A stretch of DNA of 64,000 nt from an uncultured Rivularia sp. (GCA_963665115.1 OY762007.1:5152001-5216000), one strand, 5' to 3'. Counted from the first letter of the stretch, positions 32,057 through 43,546 are shown. The notes: generated by a model not told the origin, from the sequence alone. Made by a program: numbers and translations.

Positions 32057-33199
32057 TTACACTTTTTCATACAATGTATTGCGCTGTTGATATGGTCTTC
32101 CTAAAGAAGCAATGGTATTCTGTAGAGTTTCTATTTCCATGCAGGTTCCGCCTACAGCACCGGCCATTGTGGTAATATGCTCTTCCATTAATGTGCCGCC
32201 GATGTCGTTACAGCCACAATTTAAAGCTTGGGCTGCTCCTTCAATTCCTAGTTTTACCCAACTCGGTTGATGGTTCGATATCCAATTACCTAAATAAATT
32301 CTGGCTACAGCAGTAAGCAATAGTGATGAATCTAACTCTGGTTGGTCGCGTCCAACACGACTGCGTAAGGGCTTTGGTGCTTCCTGACCGACAAATGGTA
32401 ATAAAATAAACTCCGTGATTAGAGCCGGATAAGCTTTGTTTACAGCAGTTTGTTGTAGCGATCGCAGTTTTTCTAAATGTCCAATTTGTTGTTCTACGGT
32501 TTCGATATGTCCCGACAACATGGTGCTGGTAGTGGGCAAACCTAGTTGATGGGCAGTGCTAACAATTTCTAACCAAGTTGCTGCGTTGGTTTTTTCGGGA
32601 CAAAGAATACGTCTGACTTTATCGTCTAGTACTTCTGCTGCTGTTCCTGGCATGGAACCGACACCAGCTTCTTGTAAAGCTGCTATCACTTGTGCGTAAG
32701 TTAGTCCATCAAGTTTGGCGATAAATTGTATTTCTTGGGGGGAAAAAGCATGAAGATGTAAATGAGGAAAATCTTGTTTGATTGTTTCTACTAATTTGAG
32801 ATAGTAAGTTAAAGATTTACCGTCAATTTGCGCTTCGGGGTTTAATCCTCCCTGCATACAGATTTCTGTCGCACCCCTTTTTACTGCGTCTGTAGTTTTT
32901 TCTAAAATTTGTCCCCAATCTAACCAAAAAGCACCCTCATCGCCGTCATCTCTTCGGAATGCACAGAAGCTACAGTGTTGCTCGCATATGTTAGTAAAAT
33001 TAATATTTCGGTTGATTATATAAGTGACGGTATCCCCTGCTTGGGAAAATCGTAGTTTGTCGGCTGTTGTATGGATAGCATTTATAACCCGCTTGTCGGT
33101 TTGTTTTAATAATGTAATTCCTTCTTCGGGAGATAAATCATCACCCGTCAAAGCACGTTCAATAATTGGATCGACTGTATTTTTTACGGGAACTTTCAT
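32057..33199 (-). CDS. cofH: FO synthase subunit CofH (radical SAM)
   Basis: [34 protein letters not shown] and [10 protein letters not shown] motifs. Confidence 0.92.
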   Translation of the reverse strand: MKVPVKNTVDPIIERALTGDDLSPEEGITLLKQTDKRVINAIHTTADKLRFSQAGDTVTYIINRNINFTNICEQHCSFCAFRRDDGDEGAFWLDWGQILEKTTDAVKRGATEICMQGGLNPEAQIDGKSLTYYLKLVETIKQDFPHLHLHAFSPQEIQFIAKLDGLTYAQVIAALQEAGVGSMPGTAAEVLDDKVRRILCPEKTNAATWLEIVSTAHQLGLPTTSTMLSGHIETVEQQIGHLEKLRSLQQTAVNKAYPALITEFILLPFVGQEAPKPLRSRVGRDQPELDSSLLLTAVARIYLGNWISNHQPSWVKLGIEGAAQALNCGCNDIGGTLMEEHITTMAGAVGGTCMEIETLQNTIASLGRPYQQRNTLYEKV

Positions 33200-33422
33200 A
33201 GGAATTTTTTAAACAAATAGTATTTATCAAAAGTTAAGGCACAGAAAGCCCATGTTTCATTTTTACAGTTAATATCACTTTGTAATGCAAATTACCAAAA
33301 TGAGATAAATATATTTTTAACCTTTAACTTTTAACCTTTGACCTTTTAAAATTACCCATTCTCAAAAAATGAATTTCAAGCATAATAACTAAAAGCACTT
33401 AGCCATCAATTTCTTTTTCTTC

Positions 33423-34664
33423 ATGAGTATCATTCAACCGAAGAATCTTTTATCAGTGCCAAGCGGTTCTTTACGGATTCCCAAATTGCCATCTAGAGTC
33501 GGTGTTGCCAATCGAAGCATTATGTTTTCGTTGGTTATTCCCACTTATCTTGAAGCTGGTAATATCGATAAAATCGTCAGAACATTAACTAGCTTGCTTG
33601 ATGAAAGTATACCGGGAGACTACGAATTAATTATAGTTGACGATAATAGCCCGGATGGTACTTGGGAAAATGCGTTGTCGATGACTTCAGAATTTCCACA
33701 GTTACAGGTGATGCGACGGGAAAACGAACGAGGGCTTTCTTCTGCGGTAATTCGCGGCTGGCAAAATTCTAGAGGAAGGATATTAGGAGTCATCGATGGA
33801 GATTTGCAACATCCACCCTACATATTGTTGCAATTATTAAATGCGATTGAAAGTGCTTCAGATTTAGCCGTTGCGAGTCGTCATGTAGAAGGTGGTGGGG
33901 TAAGCCGTTGGAGTTTTATTCGGCGTTTGTTATCTCGCGGCGCTCAATTGTTAGGATTGCTTATATTACCGCGAGTTACGGGTAGGGTTTCCGATCCGAT
34001 GAGCGGTTATTTTATGGTGCGTCGTAGCTGCATCGAAGATACAACTTTTAATCCTATAGGCTATAAAATTCTCTTAGAAGTTTTAGGAAGAGGAAAAATA
34101 GACGAAATCGCTGAAGTTGGTTATGTATTTTGCGAGCGTCAAGATGGAGAAAGCAAAGTGAGTTGGAAGCATTATCTTGACTATATTCGTCATCTGTTAA
34201 GACTGCGTTTCTCTTCGGAAAAGGTAGAACAATTGAGCCAACAGTCGGGTTTTCCCATCGGTAAATTTATACGTTTTGGTTTGGTGGGTTTAAGCGGAGT
34301 ATTTGTAGATATGACAATACTTTACTTACTTAGCGACCCTAATACTTTAGCTTTGCCTTTAACTCGCAGTAAAATTATTGCGGGGGAAATAGCTATTTTC
34401 AATAATTTTTTGTGGAATGACGCTTGGACTTTTGCTGATGTGGCTATGCAACAAAAAGGACTGAAACAACGTTTGAAGCGATTCTTTAAATTTAATATTA
34501 TTTGTTTGGCAGGATTAGCGATTAACGTGTTGGTGTTGAATTTAGTATTCAATTTTGTGATTTCTAATCGTTATATTGCAAATCTTATTGCTATTGCCGT
34601 AGCTACCGTATGGAATTTTTGGGTAAACCTGAAACTGAGTTGGCGAGTAACGCAGGTAAAGTAA
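33423..34664 (+). CDS. GT2 polyprenol-phosphate glycosyltransferase fused to a GtrA domain
   Basis: VDDNSPDGT, DGDLQHPP and DPMSG motifs; C-terminal GtrA-like TM segments. Confidence 0.9.
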   Translation: MSIIQPKNLLSVPSGSLRIPKLPSRVGVANRSIMFSLVIPTYLEAGNIDKIVRTLTSLLDESIPGDYELIIVDDNSPDGTWENALSMTSEFPQLQVMRRENERGLSSAVIRGWQNSRGRILGVIDGDLQHPPYILLQLLNAIESASDLAVASRHVEGGGVSRWSFIRRLLSRGAQLLGLLILPRVTGRVSDPMSGYFMVRRSCIEDTTFNPIGYKILLEVLGRGKIDEIAEVGYVFCERQDGESKVSWKHYLDYIRHLLRLRFSSEKVEQLSQQSGFPIGKFIRFGLVGLSGVFVDMTILYLLSDPNTLALPLTRSKIIAGEIAIFNNFLWNDAWTFADVAMQQKGLKQRLKRFFKFNIICLAGLAINVLVLNLVFNFVISNRYIANLIAIAVATVWNFWVNLKLSWRVTQVK

Positions 34665-34783
34665 ATTTTGAATGGATAATAGGAGTGGAGGGAACAGAAA
34701 ATAATTTTGTTATTGTGGTGCGGGCATCCCTGCCCGTTTGATTTTAAGTAATTAGTTATAAATTTGCCATATATAGAACTTAT

Positions 34784-36507
34784 ATGCAATCTCAAAATAT
34801 AAAACAAGTGAATTATTCAAAAAAAAAAGGATATTCAATCAATTAGTATTTTTACTCGTATGGGTATTAATTGGGACTATTTTACGTTTTACTAATTTGA
34901 CTAGTAAACCCCCTTGGATTGATGAATTTGCCACAATAGTTTTTAGTTTGGGTAATAGTTTTCAAGTAGTGCCTTTAAATCAAATAATAACTACTGATAC
35001 TTTATTGCAACCCCTGCAAATCAATCCAAAATTTGGTGTCCAAGAAGTATTGCAAAAACTATTAACAGAAGATATTCATCCGCCAGTTTATTTTGTCTTG
35101 GCTCATTGGTGGATGTCTTTATGGCAGGGACAAGATTTAATTTTTAAAGCGCGTAGTATTAGTGCAATATTTGGCATTGCTTCGATTCCATCTATTTATG
35201 GATTAGCATGGCTGAGTTTTCGTTCTTCTTTAATAGCACAGCTAGCTGCTGCATTCATGGCAGTGTCTCCTTACAGCATTTTTTTAGCCCAAGAAGCGCG
35301 TCATTACACTTTAGGAAGTTTATGGGTAATTGCTTCTTTGTATTTTTTGGTAGTTGCGGTGCGCCGCATTCAACAGCAACAGCCTTTACCAATTGTCATT
35401 GCCATTTTTTGGTTTGTTGTTAATGCATTGGGAATCTCGACTCATTACTTTTTCAGCCTTATCCTTTGCGGTGAAGCCATAGTTTTAATGAAATATTGGC
35501 TTAATCCTAAATCTAGAATTACTAATTTGAAATTATGGTGGACTATTTATGCTGCGGTAATAAGTACAATCGCTACTGGTTTATTTTGGCTAAATTTATT
35601 TCTATATAATCGTTACACAGGACAATTAACGCAATGGATAAAAGATAGCGATCGCAATTTTTTTAATTTCTTCAATCCTATTTTTCAATCTTTAGCTGGC
35701 TGGATTACAATTATTTCTTTATTACCAGTTGAATCGTCGCAAATTCAGGTGGTAATTGCTTCTGGTTTTGTAATGATTATTTTCTTTATCTGGGCAGTCC
35801 CAATTTTAATTCGTAATTACAAAATTCAGTATGCCGAGCCTAAAAACCGTCTGATGACTCAGACATTTACCAGCGTTCTTTTAACGGTAATTGCTCTCTT
35901 TTTTATTATTACCTATTTATTTGGCATAGATATTACTAGAGGCGCTCGTTACAACTTCGTTTATTTTCCTGTTGTAATACTATTGTTGGGGGTTATACTA
36001 GCTGCTTGCTGGCATCAAAATATATCTAATAGTCCAGCGTTTTTTCGATTCAATATTAATGGAAAAAGCGCCGTAACTCTGATGTGGGTTATGGGATTAT
36101 TAAGCGCTATTACAGTTGTCTCCAATCTTGGATATCAAAAATATTACCAACCCGATTTACTAATTCCCATTATCGAAAATATATCTGAAAATAAACCCGT
36201 TTTAATTGCTACCACTTATCGCAGTTTGGCGCAAACAGGAGAAATGATGGGTATAGCCAAACAAATTCAAGCGAGTAATTCGTCAGTTAATGCTCAATTT
36301 TTAATTATTCCTGAAAATCAAACATCCGACACTGCGACAAAAACTTTAATCAAAGAAATAAAAAGATTACCACGTCCCTTCGACTTGTGGTTAACAAACT
36401 TCCGCACAGTTGAAAAAAAATCCTTAACTGTACCATCTTGTATTCCCGATACTCAAACTTTACCGGCAGTCGATGGATATGAATATAAAATTTATCATTG
36501 TAATTGA
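34784..36507 (+). CDS. GT39/PMT-like (GT-C) membrane glycosyltransferase, frameshifted at an A10 run (34819-34828)
   Basis: WIDE, HPPVYF and QEARHY motifs. The ATG at 34784 joins the main frame (KRIFNQLVFLLVW...LRFTNLTSKPPW) if the run is A11. Confidence 0.8.
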
Positions 36508-36715
36508 ATCAAAAGGGAATGGGGGATTGAGGATTGGGAGATGGCGAGACAAGGAGACATTATTAAAGTAGTGAGTAATGAGTAATAAGTAGCGAGTAAA
36601 AATATACGGGCAGCTATGAGCGACATTTATGACAATAATAAAAAGTGATTTACTTGCTACTCTCTACTCTCTACTCTCTACTTGCTACTCTCAATCCCCA
36701 ATGCCCAATGCCCAA

Positions 36716-37309
36716 TTACCCATTACCAATTACTTGAGAAAAACCCGCTATAGTTCTCAAATTTTGAGTACGGATTAATTCGATAAAATTTAAAGTAGAA
36801 CGCTTTTCAATTTTTGCAACAGTTTCGATTGCTTTTAAAAGATGTTCTGCTGCTTCGGCTTCTGAATAACCTCGACGTTGCACTAAATTAATAGTAGCCA
36901 TATCAGCAGTAACTTCCGACTCTTGAGAACGATTGTTACGGTACATACGGAGAATGGCGATCGCACTTAATCCAGCAGCGGCAACAACTCCCACTGCATC
37001 ACCTTGAGCCGATTCTATTAAACCGCCGAAAATTCCAACTAACGCTACACCTTGATATACATTTGGCTTAAACCACTCTACCCCTGTTAACCAGCTAGCG
37101 GTACGCAATAGTAATAAATCCCGTTGTTGTTTGCTAAGATTGCACCACAAATCAAAGTTAATATATATTGGTCTTTCTCGATGCCAAGGTAATGGAAACG
37201 ATGCATCAATTACCTTCATCTGTTCTGGCTTGCTAAGAATTTTTACCGTATTCCTAGCGGAAGCAGGCATTAAATCTGACAAACGACGAATTTCTACCTT
37301 TGGCTCCAT
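36716..37309 (-). CDS. DUF3318-family protein
   Basis: EIRRLSDLMPASAR...INFDLW...QRDLLLLR conserved cyanobacterial pattern. Confidence 0.75.
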   Translation of the reverse strand: MEPKVEIRRLSDLMPASARNTVKILSKPEQMKVIDASFPLPWHRERPIYINFDLWCNLSKQQRDLLLLRTASWLTGVEWFKPNVYQGVALVGIFGGLIESAQGDAVGVVAAAGLSAIAILRMYRNNRSQESEVTADMATINLVQRRGYSEAEAAEHLLKAIETVAKIEKRSTLNFIELIRTQNLRTIAGFSQVIGNG

Positions 37310-37528
37310 AATTTATATTTGGGGATTGGGAATTGGGAATTGAAAGGTTAGGTTGCTATCTCAAATCGCTACAAATTATTAAAAAGCATGGAATTTGCGA
37401 GTTGCTAATTTTTCTTACTCGATCTAAAAATACTTAGCAAAAAATAGTAAAGTAAAATTAAAGGCTTTCCTATGCCCAATTCCCAATCCCCGATGACCGA
37501 TTCCAATTCCAATTAACTACCAATTTTT

Positions 37529-37780
37529 ATGGATGCTTTTGCTCCCATAGCTCCTGAATGGACAAATCAAGCTACTCATGCTTTTGAGTTTTGCTGTCCT
37601 AAGTGTGGCTCAACCAGTCGTGAAGCCGAAAAGGTTTGGATAAATAGACGTTCCCCTGTAGTTACAGAAGGGTATCGCCGTAAATGGCAGGAATTTTACT
37701 ACTGTAATTGCTCTCATGTGTGGTGGGCTTGGAGTAATGATAGACCACCGATCGATAATTCCGAAAGAATGCCGGATTAG
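37529..37780 (+). CDS. Conserved Cys-rich hypothetical protein (Zn-ribbon-like)
   Basis: CPKC...VWINRRSPV...WQEFYYCNC...WWAWS. Confidence 0.75.
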   Translation: MDAFAPIAPEWTNQATHAFEFCCPKCGSTSREAEKVWINRRSPVVTEGYRRKWQEFYYCNCSHVWWAWSNDRPPIDNSERMPD

Positions 37781-37835
37781 CCGCAATATATCTAAGTTAA
37801 AAAATAATAAATTAATAAATAAACAAATAAATAGC

Positions 37836-37858
37836 AAAAAACCTGCTCTGGGCAGGCT
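37836..37858 (-). terminator. Terminator of the distal porin gene
   Basis: cctgc-tctgg-gcagg hairpin preceded by an A-run on the + strand. Confidence 0.6.
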
Positions 37859-37913
37859 GTAGAGACGTAATATATTACGTCTCTCAATTACGTCTGTTGA
37901 TACTGACACAGAT

Positions 37914-39500
37914 TTAGAACTTGAAGGTTGTACGTAGTGTACCTACATAAACTGTATCGTTAGCGTTATTGTGTTCGGGGTTAAAGATTACCAACAAACC
38001 AGGAGTAACTGCGATGTTGTCGTTAAGCTTCATCTTGTAAAGACCTTCTAAATGGTAAGAGGTATCTGGGTTTTTAGTAGCACCTGCAAAACCACTAATG
38101 TTGGTTATTTTCGGTGGTTGACCGAAGATTAAACCCAAGGTATTACCCTTTTTACCAAAGTCTTTCATGCCGAGTGTAGCAGCCCAGTACTCAATTTCAG
38201 AATCTCCAGCACCATTAAATTCATCAGCATCAACAAAACCGTACCAACCACCAAGAGTTGTCTTTTTGTTGAGCTTTAAAGCAGCTTGTACGCCGTAGTG
38301 ATTAGATTTAGTTGCAACCCCACTACCAAAAGGTCTTCTGGTACCGTTAGCACCTGTGCTACCAGTTACATTAGTGGAACTGCCATCATCAAAACGACGC
38401 ACGTAGGTAGCACCTACACTCAAAGCTTTTATAGGCTGGACTTCAATTTGACCTAAGAAAGCATTGCTGCCATTGAAAAAACCATTATCGGTATCGGTTG
38501 GATTTCCAGAAGTATAAGAACCACTTAATTTGATCGGAGATTTCTTACCACCCAACACAGCTGTTACACCAGCGTCACCGCTTGCAGCACGGTAGATAGG
38601 GCTGAAACGACCGTAACGAGAGATAGCACCACCACCACTGCTTTTGAATAAGGGATTAAAGACGTTAACGTTGTCATTGAGGTCGGCTTCGTTAGCGTCA
38701 ATTTTAACCATGACTCCCTTCGCAGGTTTGAAGGTGTAGTTTAATTCTGTAAGATCAACTTCATTGTCGTTACTACCTTCAAAGCCTAAACGAGCCATTC
38801 TGGTTCCTGTTATACCATCAAACCCAGGGGTGTTTCGAGCTTGTAAACGAACTCTCAACTTATCTTTACCAGTGAAGCTGCTATCAAAGGTTAAACGAAC
38901 TCGGTTGGTTAAGATTACGTTGTCATCTATATCTCCGCTACCATCAGCTTTCTGATCGCCAAAAGCACCAGATGCAGCAAAGATTGCTTCACCCTTCAAC
39001 TTAGCAGTAGTAGAAAACTGATTGCTTTCCAATTCAGAAGTACGGAATTCCAAACCATCTACACGGCCGCGTAGAGTAGCTAATTCAGCACCATACTCTT
39101 CTTGCAAGCGCTTCAAGGTTGCCATGTCACCCGAACCAACTTGCTCGATTGCGATCGCAATCAATTCGTTCATGCGATCTAAGCAAGCGTTCAAACCAGC
39201 AGCGAATTCGTAACGGGTTAAAGCCCGGTTTCCACGGAAGGTGCTGTTGGGATAACCAGCAATACAACCGTAGCGCTCAACCAAAGATTGCAATGCTTGG
39301 AATGCCCAATCGGTGGGCTGTACGTCGGTAAACTGGGAAACGGATGTTACCTGACCAATGTTGCTAGATTCTTCAGATAGCTCGGCAACAGAAGTGGTTT
39401 TTTCGGTTGCTTCACCAGCGAATGCGCCGGATTCTGCGAAAAATGTTGCAGCAAGAACTACTGGACTTAATTTGAAAACGTTCCAGAAAAGCTTTGTCAT
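37914..39500 (-). CDS. SLH-domain OprB-type outer membrane porin
   Basis: VTSVSQFTDVQPTDWAFQALQSLVERYGCIAGYP; C-terminal GTLRTTFKF. Confidence 0.93.
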   Translation of the reverse strand: MTKLFWNVFKLSPVVLAATFFAESGAFAGEATEKTTSVAELSEESSNIGQVTSVSQFTDVQPTDWAFQALQSLVERYGCIAGYPNSTFRGNRALTRYEFAAGLNACLDRMNELIAIAIEQVGSGDMATLKRLQEEYGAELATLRGRVDGLEFRTSELESNQFSTTAKLKGEAIFAASGAFGDQKADGSGDIDDNVILTNRVRLTFDSSFTGKDKLRVRLQARNTPGFDGITGTRMARLGFEGSNDNEVDLTELNYTFKPAKGVMVKIDANEADLNDNVNVFNPLFKSSGGGAISRYGRFSPIYRAASGDAGVTAVLGGKKSPIKLSGSYTSGNPTDTDNGFFNGSNAFLGQIEVQPIKALSVGATYVRRFDDGSSTNVTGSTGANGTRRPFGSGVATKSNHYGVQAALKLNKKTTLGGWYGFVDADEFNGAGDSEIEYWAATLGMKDFGKKGNTLGLIFGQPPKITNISGFAGATKNPDTSYHLEGLYKMKLNDNIAVTPGLLVIFNPEHNNANDTVYVGTLRTTFKF

Positions 39501-39887
39501 TTTTTTCTCTCTCACTCACACCTACCGTTTAGACCCCCACAAAATTATTCGTTTTTTATTTTGCGAATATTTACTGGTGGCTGTTGTATTAAATTTAAGT
39601 TCATTGCTAGTATTTAAAACAAGTCTACTAATACACCTTTTTCAAATTTATTCTTTTTTTAATCTATTTATAATCTATTTCTCGTAAGTAATTATCGTTT
39701 ATAGGTATATTAGCGTTGTTTTGCTATTTGAAGTTTTATAGCAAATCTATTATATTTTTTATGTATTATAAATAACTTTATATATTTAAAGATAAATAAG
39801 ATTAAATAAAATATTCAGAAACCCGATATCTTCAAGATACCGGGTTTATTGTTCTAACTAATTACTTAATCTGCTTCAGGGATAATT

Positions 39888-41531
39888 CTAGAAACTAAAG
39901 GTAGTACGCAAGGTACCCACATAGATAGTGTCGTTATTTTCGTTGTGTTCTGGATTGAAGATAACCAATAATCCTGGTGTTACCGAAACATTATCGTTTA
40001 GTTGCAGCCTGTACAAAGCTTCTAAATGATAGGAGGTGTCAGGATCTTCGCGATTGTTGACATCGTTATCGGTCACTTTTGGTGGTTGTCCGAAAATAAT
40101 ACCTAAAAGACTATTTTTCGTCCCGAAGTCTCTTATACCCAAATTTGCAGCCCAGTAAAACACCTCTGCATCCGCACCTTCATTTCCTCCAGCTAAAGCT
40201 TCCATAGTAGAATAACCAGCCCAACCGCCGACACTTATTTTAGAAGCGGGTCGGAAGTTTGCTTGTACGCTGTAATGATTGCCTGTACTAGCTGTATTTC
40301 CAAAGGGTTGATTAGCAAAACTGCTACCCGTACTTCTAAACAAATTTGCTCTATTTCCTCTACCAGTATTACGATAGGTACGAGCAAAGCTTGCACCAAC
40401 ATTGAAAGATTTAGAGGGTTGAAAGTCTACTTGACCAAAAACCGCATTAGAACCGTTGAAAACTCCATTTGGAGATTCTGGATCGCTTGGTCTGCGTGCT
40501 AAATAAGCACCTGTCAATTTAATTTTTCCTTGAGGATTAGCAGTTACAGTTAGGCCAGCACCACCAGCACCTTGACGATAAATGGGGCTAAAACGTCCGT
40601 AACGCGATATCGCACCCGTTCCGCTGTCTTCAAAATTGGGATTGAAAGTATTAACGTTTTGAAATAATTCGGCGTTGGTAGCATCAACTTTTACCCGCAA
40701 TGCATCACCCAAATTGAAAGCATAACTAAGTTTATCAAGACCAATATCGTTGTTAGATTCCCCAAAAACATTATCAAAAGAAAGACGAGTCATATCAGTA
40801 TTCGTAACACCGTCTGCAAAAGGTCCCCGATTGTATCTAGTGATATTACCAGCATTTAAACGAAGTTCTAACTCGTCGGTACCAGTAAAACTACTAATCA
40901 AGTTTATTCGGACGCGGTTTGAGAAAGTTGTATTGCTCTCAAGGTCGGGATTGTTATTTGGGTCATTATCAATATCTGCTTCTTCGTCGCCAAAAGCGTT
41001 AGATAAGTTAAATATTGCTCGCCCTTTGAGTTTAGTAGTAGTAGAAAATTGATTGGCTTCTAATTGGGCGGTACTTGCTTCAAGCGCATCTACACGACCG
41101 CGCAAAGTTGCCAATTCTGGGCCAAATTCCGACTGCAATCTTTGTAAAGTAATCAAATCATCTCTAGTTAACAAATCTCTCGTTGCTAAAGCGATAAGCT
41201 CGTTGATCCGATTCAAACAAGCATTTAATCCAGCAGCGAATTCATAACGAGTCATGGCGCGATTGCCGCGATAGGTACCGTTGGGATAACCTGCTATACA
41301 TCCATATCGCTCTACCAATGATTGCAATGCTTGAAATGCCCAGCCTGTAGGCTGTACGTCAGAAAACTGAGATACTGACGTTACTTGAGCCATTGGATCT
41401 ACTTCTTCTGAGAGTTCGGCAACGGTTGTTAACTGTTGATCTTCTGCTGCTAAAACAGGATTTGCCGCAATACAAGAAACTGCTGTCAAAACAGAGCTTA
41501 GTTGAAGAAAATTCTTAAAACGTTTTTTCAT
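39888..41531 (-). CDS. SLH-domain OprB-type outer membrane porin (paralog 2)
   Basis: Same SLH signature; C-terminal GTLRTTFSF. Confidence 0.93.
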   Translation of the reverse strand: MKKRFKNFLQLSSVLTAVSCIAANPVLAAEDQQLTTVAELSEEVDPMAQVTSVSQFSDVQPTGWAFQALQSLVERYGCIAGYPNGTYRGNRAMTRYEFAAGLNACLNRINELIALATRDLLTRDDLITLQRLQSEFGPELATLRGRVDALEASTAQLEANQFSTTTKLKGRAIFNLSNAFGDEEADIDNDPNNNPDLESNTTFSNRVRINLISSFTGTDELELRLNAGNITRYNRGPFADGVTNTDMTRLSFDNVFGESNNDIGLDKLSYAFNLGDALRVKVDATNAELFQNVNTFNPNFEDSGTGAISRYGRFSPIYRQGAGGAGLTVTANPQGKIKLTGAYLARRPSDPESPNGVFNGSNAVFGQVDFQPSKSFNVGASFARTYRNTGRGNRANLFRSTGSSFANQPFGNTASTGNHYSVQANFRPASKISVGGWAGYSTMEALAGGNEGADAEVFYWAANLGIRDFGTKNSLLGIIFGQPPKVTDNDVNNREDPDTSYHLEALYRLQLNDNVSVTPGLLVIFNPEHNENNDTIYVGTLRTTFSF

Positions 41532-41784
41532 CTCTTTGATAATTATCCCCTGCAATACTGACATGGAAACACTAAATCATAAGTAGGATCTGCAACTTAC
41601 GTGTTTTACTTACGAAATTGTTGAACAAATATTGTATCAGAAGACGTTGCATGCTAATTCTATTCAAGACATAGAATGCAAAAAGCCCGCTATTACCACA
41701 GGCTTGGTTTGATTGATATTTTTCTCCACTGCTTACAAAGTTTTCCCAGCCTGAGTCTAGGAAAAAGTTATTTAAAATAGTCAC

Positions 41785-41810
41785 AAAAAAAGCCTGCTTT
41801 TGCAGGCTTT
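41785..41810 (-). terminator. Terminator after porin paralog 3
   Basis: aaagcctgc-tttt-gcaggcttt with an A-run on the + strand. Confidence 0.75.
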
Positions 41811-41839
41811 AGATAATTTATGAAATTGCTAACAAAATC

Positions 41840-43441
41840 TTAGAATTTGAAAGTAGTACGAAGCGTTCCAACATAAATGGTGTCGTTACCGTTATCGTGT
41901 TCGGGGTTGAAAATCACCAATACGCCAGGAGTGATGGCAATATTATCGTTGATGGGTAACTTGTAAAGTGCCTCTAAGTGGTAAGAAGTATCTTGGTCTT
42001 CACGAGTACCATCATCATTATCGGTTACTTTAGGAGGTTGACCGAAAATTACACCAAGAGTACTTCCCTTAGCACCAAAATCTTTAATGCCTATATTTGC
42101 AGCCCAGTACTGAATTTCAGCATCCCCTGCTCCTTCTGCTGGATCTGCGTCTGCAAAACCATACCAGCCACCAACAGAGATTTTAGAACCAACTTTTACG
42201 TTAGCTTGTACCCCGTAGTGGTTAGCTACAGTTGCAACATTACCAAACGGTCTATTTGCAAATTCACCACCCGTACTCTCTAAAATACGATTCAAACTGG
42301 GATTACCGTTATCGTCTGGTTCTGTACCGTAATAGCTGCGAGCATAGGTCAAACCTAGATTTACTGCTTTGGTAGGATTGAATTCTAGCTGACCAAGTAC
42401 GGTGTTATCACCATTGAAAAGACCAGAACCATTATCAGGGTCGCTATTTTCTGATGCGAGATAAGCACCCGATAATCTAAATTTTCCTTTGGAATTTAAG
42501 GTTACGAATGCACCAGCACCGCCACCACCAAGGCGATAAATCGGGCTAAAACGTCCGTAGCGCGAGATGGAACCACCACCACTACTCTTGAAGACGGGAT
42601 TGAAGTGGTTAAGACTATCGTAAGTCTTTGCGTCATTAGCTGCTAACTTCACCCGTGCTGGACCTAAGTTGAAGGAGTAGTTGACTTTATCAATCTGAAC
42701 ATCGTTACCATTGTCGCCAGCAAAACCCAAACGGGTCATTCTAGTACCTGTTTGGCTGTCATTTTGCTGGATATTAGCGGCTGTTAAACGAATTTGTAAT
42801 TCATCTTTACCAGTAAAGCTACTCAACAAATTCAAACGAGCACGATTTGCAAAAGTTACGTTGCTGTCTAAGTCTCCACCATCTACATCTTCATCACCAA
42901 AAACGTCGGTGACGTTGAAAACTGCTTCACCTTTTAATTTCGTAGTTGTCGAAAATTGATTTGCTTCTATTTCAGCAGTGCGAGCTTCTAATGCATCTAC
43001 CCTACCGCGTAAGGTTGCTAGCTCTGCACTAAATTCTTCTTGTAAACGTTGTAAAGTCGCTAAATCTTCTCTACTAACAATATTTGTTGTTGCTGTTGCA
43101 ATCAGTTCATTAACTCTATCCAAACAAGCATTCAAACCAGCAGCAAATTCATAACGAGTTAAAGCCCGATTCCCGCGATATGTGCCGTTAGGATAACCTG
43201 CAATACAACCATAACGCTCTACCAATGATTGCAATGCTTGAAATGCCCAATCTGTTGGCTGAACGTCAGAAAACTGCGATACTGATGTTACCTGAGCCAT
43301 CGACTTACTTTCTTCAGATAATTCAGCAACGGGTGTTACTTGTTGGTTAACTTCCTCTGCAAATGCACTGTTAGCAGTAAAAACTGTAGCTGCTGCAATT
43401 ACTGGACTTAGTTTTAGAATATCCCAAATTAGTTTTTTCAT
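41840..43441 (-). CDS. SLH-domain OprB-type outer membrane porin (paralog 3)
   Basis: Same SLH signature; C-terminal GTLRTTFKF. Confidence 0.93.
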   Translation of the reverse strand: MKKLIWDILKLSPVIAAATVFTANSAFAEEVNQQVTPVAELSEESKSMAQVTSVSQFSDVQPTDWAFQALQSLVERYGCIAGYPNGTYRGNRALTRYEFAAGLNACLDRVNELIATATTNIVSREDLATLQRLQEEFSAELATLRGRVDALEARTAEIEANQFSTTTKLKGEAVFNVTDVFGDEDVDGGDLDSNVTFANRARLNLLSSFTGKDELQIRLTAANIQQNDSQTGTRMTRLGFAGDNGNDVQIDKVNYSFNLGPARVKLAANDAKTYDSLNHFNPVFKSSGGGSISRYGRFSPIYRLGGGGAGAFVTLNSKGKFRLSGAYLASENSDPDNGSGLFNGDNTVLGQLEFNPTKAVNLGLTYARSYYGTEPDDNGNPSLNRILESTGGEFANRPFGNVATVANHYGVQANVKVGSKISVGGWYGFADADPAEGAGDAEIQYWAANIGIKDFGAKGSTLGVIFGQPPKVTDNDDGTREDQDTSYHLEALYKLPINDNIAITPGVLVIFNPEHDNGNDTIYVGTLRTTFKF

Positions 43442-43516
43442 CTTCACCCACACCGATAAAATTATGCTTGCACGTTAAATCATAAGTTTTTCCCTTAACT
43501 TAAAATATTCTTATTT

Positions 43517-43546
43517 AATAAAAATTAAGATTAAGATTAAATTAAG
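43517..43546 (-). promoter_or_regulatory. Putative Pho box (SphR site)
   Basis: Minus strand CTTAATTT-AAT-CTTAATCT-TAA-TTTTTATT; 11-bp period matching PyTTAAPyPy(T/A). Confidence 0.6.

Noticed and set aside
33315..33350. TTTAACC repeats as a Pho box
   Set aside because: The period is about 7 bp (STRR-like), not 11 bp.
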